In this document: in pieces, positions 32,015-50,207 of the stretch
Layout: each line of letters starts with the position of its first letter
Numbering within the stretch: position 1 is the stretch's first letter
Assembly: GCA_963776345.1 (NCBI GenBank)
Contig: CAVZMH010000016.1
Location: 512,001 to 576,000 of the forward strand
DNA length: 64,000 bases
Direction of reading: 5' to 3'
From: an uncultured delta proteobacterium
GTDB taxonomy: Bacteria; Myxococcota; Myxococcia; Myxococcales; Myxococcaceae
Notes under the pieces: generated by a model
What the model was told of the DNA's origin: nothing
What the model saw: the letters and a program-made list of their open reading frames with translations, nothing else
Database searches by the model: none
Position numbers and translations under genes: made by a program

Positions 32015-32575
32015 CTACTCGAAGATGTAGGTCCGGAGCTGGATTCCCCCGAGGATCGCCCCGGAGATCCGGATGCCCTGCCCCGCCGTCACCTCGGCCG
32101 CGCCGCCCAGGTAGAGCCCGAAGGTGGGAAGCAGCTCGTACTGCACCCCGAACCCGAGCCGCGGGCCGGCGGTCACGTTCGGGGTGACGTGCATGGCGAC
32201 CTCGGCGGTGAGGTAGGTCTTGAAGCGCTCGTCGCCGAAGTACGCCCGGAGCCCGCCCGCCACCGCCACGTCCACCGAGGGGCCGCCGAAGCCGGTGCGC
32301 GCGCCGAGGGTCCACTCGTTGCCCGAGACGCCGAGCGGGAAGGTGAGCATCGTCTCGAGCAGCGCCCGCCGCCCCTCCTCGGTCTCGCCGCCCGCCTTCA
32401 CCTCACGCTTGAAGTCGATGCCGCCGCCGAGGAGAAGCCCGAGCGCGCCGCGGTGATCCCAGCGCTCCTCCTCCTCCGCCCCGGCGACGGCCGGCACGAG
32501 GAGCAGGGCGGCGAGGAGGCAACCCCGCGCGCTCAGTCCCCCGCACCAGGGGGACGCCTGTCGAGCCCCCCGCAC
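32015..32575 (-). CDS. Predicted small outer-membrane beta-barrel protein (start uncertain)
   Basis: Signal-like 'CLLAALLLVPAVAGA'; alternating Gly/aromatic beta strands; ends 'QLRTYIFE'. Confidence 0.65.
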   Translation of the reverse strand: MRGARQASPWCGGLSARGCLLAALLLVPAVAGAEEEERWDHRGALGLLLGGGIDFKREVKAGGETEEGRRALLETMLTFPLGVSGNEWTLGARTGFGGPSVDVAVAGGLRAYFGDERFKTYLTAEVAMHVTPNVTAGPRLGFGVQYELLPTFGLYLGGAAEVTAGQGIRISGAILGGIQLRTYIFE

Positions 32576-32583
32576 CAGGGGGA
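32538..32583. repeat. Two copies of the 17-bp self-complementary motif CCCCCGCACCAGGGGGA
   Basis: Exact copies at 32538-32554 and 32567-32583. Confidence 0.85.
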
Positions 32584-32652
32584 GGCCCGTGGAGCCGCGC
32601 AGCGGCGCGGCGCGTCCAGGCTCACCGTCGCTCGAGCGCCGCGCCTTGAGGC

Positions 32653-33516
<864 letters not shown>

Positions 33517-33538
33517 GGCTGCCGGCCCCCGCCCGCGG

Positions 33539-34213
33539 TCAGCGCTTGCCCTTGCGGGCCTTGCGCGGCTTCGCCACCCGGGCCGCCCGGGCGGCGCGGG
33601 CCACCGGACGGGCGCGCGCACCCTTCTTCGCCGGCGGGCTGGCCTTCATGCGCTTGCCGGTGATGACCTTGAGCTCCTCGGTCGTGACGTGGCCCATGTC
33701 CAGGAGCGCCTGGAAGATGCGCAGCGCGCCCGACTCCACCGTCTCCACGTCCGAGCGGATGGTCACCTCCGGAGAGGAGGGCGGCTCGTACGGCTCGGTG
33801 ATGCCGACGAAGTTGGGGATCTCCCCGGCCAGCGCCTTCTTGTACTTGCCGGTCGAGTCGCGCTGGATGAGCCTCTCCGTCGGGCAGTCGACGTAGACCT
33901 CGAGGAAGCGGCCGATGAGGCGCCGGTTGTCCTCGCGCGCACCCTTGTACGGGCTGACCGAGGCCACCAGGGTCGCGACCTGGTTACGGGTCAGGAGGTT
34001 GGCCACGAGCCCGAGTCGGCGCACTCCGATGTTGCGCTCCTCCTTGGTGTCGGCCGTGCCGCCCCAGAAGTCCTCGGCGAGGTCGTTCTCGTCCAGCACC
34101 TCGACGGCGCGGGCCACCTGGCGGAGCCGGGCGGCGATGTAGTCGACCAGGGTCGTCTTGCCGGCGCCGGACATGCCGGTCAGCCAGAGGGTGAAGCCTT
34201 GGGTGGGTGCCAT
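33539..34213 (-). CDS. cysC: Adenylyl-sulfate kinase with a basic C-terminal tail
   Basis: 'LWLTGMSGAGKTT', 'SPY', 'RDSTGKYKKALAGEIPNFVGITEPYEPP'. Confidence 0.88.
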   Translation of the reverse strand: MAPTQGFTLWLTGMSGAGKTTLVDYIAARLRQVARAVEVLDENDLAEDFWGGTADTKEERNIGVRRLGLVANLLTRNQVATLVASVSPYKGAREDNRRLIGRFLEVYVDCPTERLIQRDSTGKYKKALAGEIPNFVGITEPYEPPSSPEVTIRSDVETVESGALRIFQALLDMGHVTTEELKVITGKRMKASPPAKKGARARPVARAARAARVAKPRKARKGKR

Positions 34214-34365
34214 GAATACTCCGCGGGTGCGGGGCCGCAAAATTCGTACCAGCGCGCGAAACATGAGGCGCTGCGCAGACTTGTGTGTACACGAAGTCGC
34301 CGTTCTTGACAATTGTAACTGCGGAGACGGACGGCCTGTGTGAGGACGCAAGCGCCTGGATCGAC

Positions 34366-35364
34366 TCAGGATTGACTCGGAAGCGGACAGTCCCACTCCA
34401 CGAAGTCACCCTCGCTCCACACGGCCCAGACGGCGCTCGGTGGACGGCTGGCACAGAAGGCCACCACCAGGTGGGCCACGCCGGGGTGGAGGGGCTGTCC
34501 GTCGGGGGCTGCCCAGCCTCGGTCCTCGGCCGAGAAGTCCTTCCCGCCATCGGGATGCGAGTGGGCGATGGCGAGGACCCGCTCCCCCGCCGCGTCGGCC
34601 GCCCGGAGCAGGGCGAGCCAGGCGCGCGGGTCGAAGCTGAAGGCGGTCCGGGGCGAGCGAGGAAACGCCGCGGGGTCGCGTGCGTGGTGGGCGCCCTGTG
34701 CGTTCTCCATCGGGACCAGCCGGACGGTGTCCTCGCGTCCGAGGAGCACGGCGCAGCCTTCGTCCGGCAGCGCCGCGGCGAGATGGCGCAGGAGCTCGGC
34801 CATCACCGCCTCCGGCACGGCGGGAGGTCGATGGATGCAGGCGGGAGCGGCGAGCGTCGAGAGGCTGCCGGTCGCCGAGACCTCCGCGCCCTCCATCCCC
34901 GCAGCGAGACCGAGGGCCCGGCGCTGCACCAGCAGGGCGACGAGGCTCCCGACCTGGACGCTCGCCCTCCCTGCTTCCTCCGGAGGCCCGAGCTCTCCCG
35001 CCGCGAGACGGAGGCACGCTCTGCAGCCGCCCTCCTCGATGGACCACAGGACGTGAGCCCCCGCCCGGGTTCCCACCACCACGACGCCCCCTCCTTCCGG
35101 CACCGTGGGAGGGGCGATGACCCGGAGCAGGCGCCCCGGAGCCGCCCCGAGGAGCGGCGGCGTGCGCGCCCAGGCCGCCGTGGCCTCGCCCTCGAGGTCC
35201 ACCTCGGTCCCCCCCGCCCGGAGGTACGCGGCGGCGGCGAGCGCGGCCTCGCCCCCGAAGGCGAGCTCGACCCGCACGGCGCCGAGCGCCTCTTGCCCGC
35301 GCTCGCCGACGTCACGGAGCAAGAGCTGACGGGCGTAGCGCTGGATCTGTGGCTCGCTCAGCAC
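34366..35364 (-). CDS. Fusion of a degenerate ThiF/MoeB (E1-like) domain and a JAB/MPN+ (Mec-like) metallopeptidase
   Basis: N-terminal 'QIQRYARQLLLRDVGERGQEAL' and 'CRAC'; C-terminal 'PDEGC...HSHPDGGKDFSAED' (intact JAMM motif). Confidence 0.8.
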   Translation of the reverse strand: MLSEPQIQRYARQLLLRDVGERGQEALGAVRVELAFGGEAALAAAAYLRAGGTEVDLEGEATAAWARTPPLLGAAPGRLLRVIAPPTVPEGGGVVVVGTRAGAHVLWSIEEGGCRACLRLAAGELGPPEEAGRASVQVGSLVALLVQRRALGLAAGMEGAEVSATGSLSTLAAPACIHRPPAVPEAVMAELLRHLAAALPDEGCAVLLGREDTVRLVPMENAQGAHHARDPAAFPRSPRTAFSFDPRAWLALLRAADAAGERVLAIAHSHPDGGKDFSAEDRGWAAPDGQPLHPGVAHLVVAFCASRPPSAVWAVWSEGDFVEWDCPLPSQS

Positions 35365-35600
35365 GGCGGCGCCTCTCGCCGGAGGAGCAGCCGCCAGGTG
35401 CCGTCCTCCAGCGCCTCGAGCCCGAGCACGGTGTGCCCGGCGTCGCGCGCGCTCTCCGGCACGTTCCTCAGCGGCTCGTCGCCCCTGAGCCGGACCTCGA
35501 GGACCCCACCGACCGGGAGGCGCTCCAGCGCGATCTTGGTCCGGACGAAGGTCATGGGACAGACCTCGGCGGTGATGTCGATCCGCGCGTCCGGCCTCAC
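35358..35600 (-). CDS. tusA: TusA/SirA-family sulfur carrier
   Basis: 'IDITAEVCPMTFVRTKIALE...NVP...GH'; overlaps both neighbours. Confidence 0.85.
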   Translation of the reverse strand: MRPDARIDITAEVCPMTFVRTKIALERLPVGGVLEVRLRGDEPLRNVPESARDAGHTVLGLEALEDGTWRLLLRREAPPC

Positions 35601-36257
35601 GCCCGTCCTCCGCACCCGGGGCAGCCGGGCGCTCGCCGGACGGTGAGCGTCCGGAAGCGCAGGGTCCGCCCGTCGACCACGTGGAGCGTGCTCTGCCCCG
35701 CGGGCGACGGCGGCCCGAGCGCGAGGGAGGCCTGCAGAGCGCCGAGCACACCGGCGAGCGAGCCGAGCACGCCCGCGCGGGCGCAGGTGGGCACCTCGTC
35801 TTCCCTCGGCGCGGTGCCGTACAGGCAGCGGAGGCACGCCCCGCCGGGGTCGATGCGCATCGCCTGCCCGCCCCACTGGACCACGCCTCCGGACACCAGC
35901 GGCGTCCCGGTGCGGGCGACCGCGTCGGACATCTGGAATTTGGCCCCCACCGAGTCGGTCCCGTCGATGGCCAGGGCGTGGCGTGAGAGGAGCGCTTCGA
36001 CCTCCTGGGGGGCCGATGCGCTTCACCCAGGTCTCCACCTCGAGCCCGGGGAAGGCACGGACGAGCCGCTCGCGCGCGACCGCAACCTTGAACCGCCCCA
36101 CGTCCTCGGGCCCGTAGAGCGGCTGGCGATGGAGGTTGGAGGTCTCGACCACGTCGCCGTCGACGAGCGTGAGGCGGCGCGCCCCGACCCCGGCGAGCGC
36201 GACGGACGCCGGACACCCGAGCCCGCCCATGCCGATGATCACCGTCGCGCCCAGCAT
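35597..36257 (-). CDS. MoeB/ThiF/HesA adenylyltransferase lacking the N-terminal helix; frameshift in a G6 run at 36007-36012 (probable error)
   Basis: 'IIGMGGLG', 'DGDVVETSNLHRQ', then in the shifted frame 'IDGTD', 'CLRC', 'PTCARAGVLG', 'CPGC'. Confidence 0.85.
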
Positions 36258-36279
36258 CGCCGGCGCTAGGGTACGTCAC

Positions 36280-36656
36280 ATGCGCCCTGCCCTGCTCCCG
36301 GTCCTGCTGCTCGCCGCGGCCGCGTGTCCTCCCCCCCCTCGCACCAGGCGAGCGCGCCCACGCCGGCCCAGCCCGCGGCGCCTGCGGCCCGACCGGGGCC
36401 GGCCACGGAGCGGTCCGCTGTCCCTGCGCCGGCACCCGCGCCCGCCATCCGGCTCGATGCCCGGCAGACCGAGTGCGTGGAGAAGTGGCTCAAGGGGCAC
36501 GGCCTGGACGCGTACGGCAACCCGGCGGGCACGATGTACGCCGGCGGGACGCCCACCTTCGACGAGGCCACGGGTCGCTCGGTGGACCGCTGGACGCTGG
36601 TGGCGAAGAACCGGCCCGAGGCGCTCCAGAGCTGCGGGGTCCCCCTCCCGCCCTGA
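36280..36656 (+). CDS. Small lipoprotein of unknown function (frameshift near 36325-36338)
   Basis: Lipobox 'LLLAAAAC' from ATG 36280; adding one base joins it to a Pro/Ala linker and 'ECVEKWLKGHGLDAYGNPAGTMYAGGTPTFDEATG...SC'. Confidence 0.65.
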
Positions 36657-36671
36657 GGGGCGGTGCAGCGC

Positions 36672-37139
36672 TCAGGCCGGCGCTGCGGCACCGACCCGTC
36701 GCTCCAGTGCGGCGATGACGTCGTCCAGGTGCCGCCAGACCTGGCGCTCGTGCTGGATGACGTCCTCGATCCGCCCGTCGGGCGAGACGACGAACGTCAC
36801 CCGGCGGCTGATGCGCACCAGGGGCCAGAGCACGCCGAACTTCTCGCTGATCTTCCGCTCGCTGTCGCCGAGCAGCGGGTACTCGATCTTCTCGCTCCGG
36901 GCGAACTCGCACTGGACCTCGGGCCGGTCCACGGAGACGCCGACCAGCTCGCCGCCGAGCGCACGGATGCGGGCCTGGTTGTCGCGGAAGTGGCGGATCT
37001 CCTCGGTGCACCCCGCGGTGAACGCCTTGGGGAAGAAGAAGAGCACCAGCCGCCGGCCGCGGAAGTCACCGAGGCGGACGGTCTGTCCCTGACAATCGCG
37101 CGCCTCGAACTCCGGCGCCGTGTCACCCACCGCGAGCAT
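36672..37139 (-). CDS. bcp: Peroxiredoxin, BCP/PrxQ family
   Basis: 'GDTAPEF', 'FFPKAFTAGCTEE', 'GVSVD', 'RVTFVV'. Confidence 0.9.
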   Translation of the reverse strand: MLAVGDTAPEFEARDCQGQTVRLGDFRGRRLVLFFFPKAFTAGCTEEIRHFRDNQARIRALGGELVGVSVDRPEVQCEFARSEKIEYPLLGDSERKISEKFGVLWPLVRISRRVTFVVSPDGRIEDVIQHERQVWRHLDDVIAALERRVGAAAPA

Positions 37140-37212
37140 GAAAACCTCCGGAACGCCCCTCTTTGCCACGAAACGGCGTCCGAGGGCACCCCGGGAGCCG
37201 GTACGGCAGCGG

Positions 37213-37926
37213 TCAGTGGAAGCCCAAGACAGTCCAGCTGATCCAGTGGGCCAGGGCCGGTGACACCAGCCGGCCCGTCCGGTCCCGGAGAATCCCGAAT
37301 ACCAGTCCGAACGCGGTCTTCCCGAGGAGTCCCCAGAGGGAGAAGCGCAGGTGGTAGGCGGCGAAGACCAGGGCGCAGAGCAGTACCCCGGCCCCTCGCC
37401 CGAGGCTCGCCTGGAGGGTGGGCTGGAGGTCGCCCCGGAACAGCGTTTCCTCTGTCAGAGCGGCCTCCACGCCGACGAGCAGGATGAGGAGCCGCGCCAG
37501 CGGCGGGGTGGACCACCAGCCCTGGAGCACCTCCGCCGCGCTCGCCCCGGCGCTCATCTGGATGAGCAGGACGATCCCGCAGCACGCCAGCCCGCCGAGG
37601 AGCCCCCGGGCGAGGTCCGGCCCGAGCCGTGCGGCACTCCACCCGAGGTCGGCGACCGAGAGGCGTCCCCAGACGATGAGCCCGAGCCCGATGACCCCGC
37701 CGAGCGAGAGCACGCTCGTCCCGAGGAGCACGGCGAAGGTCCAGCCGTCGATCGTCTCGAGGCCCTCGCGCCCCGTGATGCGCTCGAGCAGGACGAAGCC
37801 GAGGATCCGGGTCATCGCCAGGAGCGCGACGAGCAGGAGCGCGTGCCCGAGCCGGGCTCCGCTCCCCAGCGGCCAGCGGGCGGCGCTCGACGTGGTCGGC
37901 GCGGCGACGGCTCCGGAGAGTTCCAC
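37213..37926 (-). CDS. CPBP (Abi/CAAX) intramembrane metalloprotease
   Basis: 'EETLFRG', 'FAAYH', 'ALAH'; multi-TM. Confidence 0.85.
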   Translation of the reverse strand: MELSGAVAAPTTSSAARWPLGSGARLGHALLLVALLAMTRILGFVLLERITGREGLETIDGWTFAVLLGTSVLSLGGVIGLGLIVWGRLSVADLGWSAARLGPDLARGLLGGLACCGIVLLIQMSAGASAAEVLQGWWSTPPLARLLILLVGVEAALTEETLFRGDLQPTLQASLGRGAGVLLCALVFAAYHLRFSLWGLLGKTAFGLVFGILRDRTGRLVSPALAHWISWTVLGFH

Positions 37927-37967
37927 TGGCTCTCAGCCTAGCGGGCAGTACCGACCCTCGTCGGCCC

Positions 37968-38375
37968 TCACTGCCGGAGCAGCCAGAGGTGGCGCGCCGG
38001 CGTGACGAGGTGATGGAGGAGCAGTGCGACCACGAAGGCAATCAACGCAGCGGATCGGTGCAGGGCCGCGAGCGCCGCCGCGCCCCCGAGGAAGACCGCC
38101 AGCTCCAGCAACAGCCGCACCCAGCCCGGCACTGGCACCGGCGCCCGACCCGAGCGACTCGGGTCTCCAGGGACCGCGAACGTCACCCAGGCGGCAGCGG
38201 CGATGGCCGGAAGCCCGAGCCCGGCGAGCCACGCAGCGGCGCCCGGCGGCGCCGTCTGGAACGCCCAGTTCCCCATCGCCACGAGTGAACCGACCTCCAG
38301 AACGAACCGGATGGCCAGCTGCCAGGCGGGAATTCTCGGGATTTCTGCGCCTCCTGTATGACTCGTTGTCTCCAT
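37968..38375 (-). CDS. YrdB/DUF2568-like small membrane protein
   Basis: 'LAIRFVLE', 'WVTFAVPGDPSR', 'RLLLELAVF'. Confidence 0.75.
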   Translation of the reverse strand: METTSHTGGAEIPRIPAWQLAIRFVLEVGSLVAMGNWAFQTAPPGAAAWLAGLGLPAIAAAAWVTFAVPGDPSRSGRAPVPVPGWVRLLLELAVFLGGAAALAALHRSAALIAFVVALLLHHLVTPARHLWLLRQ

Positions 38376-38433
38376 CGGGCCCCACGCTGCCTGGCCTGCC
38401 GCGGCAGGTCCAGGAGCAAGCTCCGAGCGCTCA

Positions 38434-42765
<4,332 letters not shown>

Positions 42766-42856
42766 TCACGTCCGGCCGGAGTCGCGCGAGGCGCGGTCTG
42801 CCAGCCACTCGAATCCGAAGTAGGCGGCGCCCCCCATGCTGCGGGGCGCCGGCAGG

Positions 42857-47068
<4,212 letters not shown>

Positions 47069-47176
47069 TCGGTCTCCCTGACGACGGGAAGCTTGGTTTC
47101 TCAAAAGGGCGATGCCGGCGCCCCTCGCTTCGGAGGAGGACGCCGGCACGCCTGACACGGAAAAGCGCGGAGCGAC

Positions 47177-47204
47177 CGTGCCGGGGGACGTGGGCCCCGG
47201 CACG
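47177..47204 (-). terminator. Strong hairpin between rplL and rpoB (attenuator/terminator candidate)
   Basis: CGTGCCGGGG-N8-CCCCGGCACG 10-bp stem. Confidence 0.55.
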
Positions 47205-47224
47205 ACGCCCAATCCGCTCGCCGA

Positions 47225-47602
47225 TTACTTGATCTCGACGGTGGCACCAGCCGCGGTGAGCTGGTCCTTGATCTTCTTGGCGTCGTCCTTGTTGACGCCT
47301 TCCTTCACCGTCTTGGGAGCACCCTCGACCAGGTCCTTGGCCTCCTTCAGGCCCAGGCCAGTGATGGCGCGGATCTCCTTGATGACGTTGATCTTGTTCG
47401 CGCCCGCGTTGGCGAGGACGACCGTGAACTCGGTCTTCTCCTCGGCCGGAGCGGCGGCCACCCCCGCACCGGCGCCAGGAGCGGCGACGGCGACGGCGGC
47501 GGCGGAGACGCCCCACTTCTCCTCGAGCTTCTTCACGAGCTCGGCGGCCTCCATCACGGTGAGGGAGGACAGCGAGTCGACGATGTGATTCAGGTCTGCC
47601 AT
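47225..47602 (-). CDS. rplL: 50S ribosomal protein L7/L12
   Basis: '[10 protein letters not shown]', '[12 protein letters not shown]'. Confidence 0.99.
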   Translation of the reverse strand: MADLNHIVDSLSSLTVMEAAELVKKLEEKWGVSAAAVAVAAPGAGAGVAAAPAEEKTEFTVVLANAGANKINVIKEIRAITGLGLKEAKDLVEGAPKTVKEGVNKDDAKKIKDQLTAAGATVEIK

Positions 47603-47686
47603 GGCGGAATTCAGCCTCTTAACGGGACTTGACTCTGTGCGGCAGAGCGGTCCCAGGTGAAAGGGTTAGTAAACTTATCGCTTCAA

Positions 47687-48211
47687 TTAAGTTATCTTCT
47701 CCAGCGCCTCCGCCCTGGCCTTGATCAGGCGGGCGAGGCGGCTTCCTGGCTCGGCCAGCGTCCGGGCAAGCTTGCCCGCCGGCTGGTTGAGCATCCCGAG
47801 GATCCTTGCCCGGAGCTCCGGCAGCCCCGGCATCTTCGCCAGCGCAGCCACACCCGCGGCATTGACCTTCTTGCCCTCGACGACCGCGCTCCGGACCTTG
47901 ATGGTCTCGAGGTCCTTGATGAACTCCTGGAGGATCTTCGCCGGGACGACCACGTCGTCGTAGCCGATGGCGATGGCCACGGGACCCGTGAAGTCGTCGC
48001 TCACCACCTCGACGGGCGTCCCCTTGGCAGCCCGCCTGGCGAGCGTGTTCTTCAGGACCCTGTAGTCCACCCCGGAGTCGCGGAGCTTCTTCCGCAGCCG
48101 GGTGACCGTCTCGACGTTGAGCTTCGAGAACTCCGCCACGATGGCCGTCCGGGCCCGGGCGAACTTCTCGTTCAGCTCTTTGATCATCACTTCCTTCTCG
48201 CTCTTCTCCAC
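47687..48211 (-). CDS. rplJ: 50S ribosomal protein L10
   Basis: 'VLKNTLARRA', 'FTGPVAI'; GGAGG RBS before GTG. Confidence 0.97.
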   Translation of the reverse strand: MEKSEKEVMIKELNEKFARARTAIVAEFSKLNVETVTRLRKKLRDSGVDYRVLKNTLARRAAKGTPVEVVSDDFTGPVAIAIGYDDVVVPAKILQEFIKDLETIKVRSAVVEGKKVNAAGVAALAKMPGLPELRARILGMLNQPAGKLARTLAEPGSRLARLIKARAEALEKIT

Positions 48212-48354
48212 TCTGTCTCACCTCCCATCGTGCCGGCCTTGACGGCCTGGCGTGCTGCCCTGAGCCAGAGTGGCAGAGCGAGAGGGACACCTCGCGGCGT
48301 CCTCTTGTGCGGGGGGGCCCCGCATCCTGGGCCCCGCGTCCGGGTCCCAGCGCT

Positions 48355-48440
48355 CCCTTCGTCTCGGCAGGGCCGGAGGTCGGGCCGTCGCCAGCCTCCA
48401 TTTCGACGGGGGTCGCACCCGTCCCTGCGGTCTTGGACCA
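48355..48440 (-). promoter_or_regulatory. L10 leader (rplJ autoregulatory RNA)
   Basis: Minus strand CCAAGACCGCAGG...AAAT...CCTGCCGAGACG resembles the L10-leader kink-turn core. Confidence 0.65.
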
Positions 48441-48479
48441 GGGGGTTGCCGGGGGCTGTCGCTCCCGGCGGAATCGGCG

Positions 48480-48508
48480 CATCTAGCAAGGGCCGGGCCG
48501 GATGTCAA
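48480..48508 (-). promoter_or_regulatory. Sigma70-type promoter for rplJL-rpoBC
   Basis: TTGACA-N17-TAGATG with an extended TG just upstream of the -10. Confidence 0.7.
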
Positions 48509-48913
48509 AGCCCTGCCGGGTGGCCGGTTTGAGACGCCATGCCGATGCCCAGCCAGCTCGCCCGTAGGGAGGACCGGGCCGGCTCAATTCCGTTGTCCAA
48601 GCCCGTTCCCGCCCTGGCCTCGAGCTTCGAACGCTGGCGGGTCGCCACGGCCCAGGAGTTCGCCATGGATGGAAATGACTCCGAGGCCTGGTTGGGGGAA
48701 CAGTTTGGGACGGTCTCCCCGGGAGGAGGTCGCAAGGTCCCGTTTGCCGTTCGAAAATGGTTCCCAGACGGGGTTGGGGAAACCGCTCCGCTGTCACTGA
48801 AGCAGGCAGGGCAGCTCCTGAGGCCTCCCCAAGGGGCATTCGGCACCCGTTTGGGACGCCCGGAGACGCGCGTGGGCCGGTGCGCGCCCGGCCGAGGGCT
48901 CGCGGACCAGCGT

Positions 48914-49630
48914 CTACCGGTACCGGGCGCCAATCTCCTGCACGTCCAGCTTGATGCCGGGGGTCATCGTCGCGCTGATGGTCGCGCTCTTCAGATAGAC
49001 GCCCTTCGCCGAAGACGGCTTGAGCTTCATCACCAGCTCGATGAGCGCGTTGAAGTTCTCCGTCAGCTTCTCGGCGGGGAACGACGCCTTGCCCACCGGG
49101 GCGTGCACGATGCCCGCCTTCTCGGCGCGGAACTCCACCTTGCCGCCCTTGGCCTCGCGGATCGCCTTGCCCACGTCAGCGGTCACCGTCCCCACCTTCG
49201 GGTTCGGCATCAGGCCGCGGGGACCGAGCACCTTCCCCAGCCGGCCCACCACGCCCATCATGTCCGGGGTGGCGATGACGGTGTCGAAGTCCATGAAGCC
49301 TTCTTCGATCCGCTTCGCCAGATCCGCCTCGCCCACCACGTCGGCGCCGGCGTCCTGGGCCTCGCGCTGCTTCTCGCCCTTGGCGAACACCGCCACCCGC
49401 ACCGTCTTCCCGATGCCGTTGGGCAACACCACCGCGCCACGCACCATCTGGTCGGCGTGCTTCGGGTCCACCCCGAGGTTGATCGCCACGTCCACCGTCT
49501 GGTCGAACTTCACCCCGCGCTTGGAGACCGTCTCCTTGAGCAGCTTGAAGGCCTCGTCCACTGTGTAGCGCTTGTTGCGGTCCACCAGCTCGGCTGCCGC
49601 ACGGAACTTCTTCGCAGTCTTGGTCGTCAT
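48914..49630 (-). CDS. rplA: 50S ribosomal protein L1
   Basis: 'KFDQTVD', '[15 protein letters not shown]'. Confidence 0.99.
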   Translation of the reverse strand: MTTKTAKKFRAAAELVDRNKRYTVDEAFKLLKETVSKRGVKFDQTVDVAINLGVDPKHADQMVRGAVVLPNGIGKTVRVAVFAKGEKQREAQDAGADVVGEADLAKRIEEGFMDFDTVIATPDMMGVVGRLGKVLGPRGLMPNPKVGTVTADVGKAIREAKGGKVEFRAEKAGIVHAPVGKASFPAEKLTENFNALIELVMKLKPSSAKGVYLKSATISATMTPGIKLDVQEIGARYR

Positions 49631-49653
49631 GTCAGGAGTCTCCGGGGCAGCCG

Positions 49654-50100
49654 TCAGTCGACGATGTCGATGCCCATCGAGCGGGCCGTTCCGGCGATGG
49701 TGGCCATCGCCGCCTCGAGCGAGCCGGCGGTCATGTCCGGCATCTTCAGCCGGGCGATGTCCTCCAGCTGCTTGCGCTTCACCTGACCGACCTTCTCCTT
49801 GCCCGGCTTGTGCGCCCCCGAGCCCTTCTTCTTCTCGGTGTGCAGCCCGGCCGCCTTCTTCAAGAGCACCGCCGCCGGAGGCGTCTTCAGCACGAAGGTG
49901 AAGGAGCGGTCCTGGTACACGGTGATGATCACCGGGATGATCAGGCCTTCCTTCGCCTGCGCCTGCGTCGCGGCGTTGAACTGCTTGCAGAACTCCATGA
50001 TGTTGACGCCCTGCTGGCCGAGCGCCGGCCCGATGGGCGGGGCCGGGTTGGCCTTGCCCGCAGGGATCTGCAGCTTCACCTGTCCGGTGACCTTCTTCAT
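49654..50100 (-). CDS. rplK: 50S ribosomal protein L11
   Basis: '[15 protein letters not shown]'. Confidence 0.99.
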   Translation of the reverse strand: MKKVTGQVKLQIPAGKANPAPPIGPALGQQGVNIMEFCKQFNAATQAQAKEGLIIPVIITVYQDRSFTFVLKTPPAAVLLKKAAGLHTEKKKGSGAHKPGKEKVGQVKRKQLEDIARLKMPDMTAGSLEAAMATIAGTARSMGIDIVD

Positions 50101-50112
50101 CGTCTGACCTCA

Positions 50113-50146
50113 CCGTGGTGCATGCGGGCGGGCTGCCCTCCCACGG
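50113..50146 (-). promoter_or_regulatory. L1-binding leader hairpin upstream of rplK
   Basis: CCGTGG-GAG-GGC...GCC...CCACGG, similar to GTGGGAGG...ACCAC L1 operators. Confidence 0.55.
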
Positions 50147-50207
50147 CCGAACACGCTGTCGGAGCAAAGGCGCTCCGCAGGGCCCACTTCACTTCTTCGA
50201 GCGCCGG

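Noticed and set aside
34366..36257. CBASS/Bil-type anti-phage ubiquitin-like system
   Set aside because: No E2, cyclase, Ubl or effector gene is adjacent; tusA, cysC and larE point to sulfur transfer.
48539..49786. Plus-strand ORF beginning in the rplA-rplJ spacer
   Set aside because: It runs antisense through rplA and rplK, has no clear RBS and no recognisable motif.
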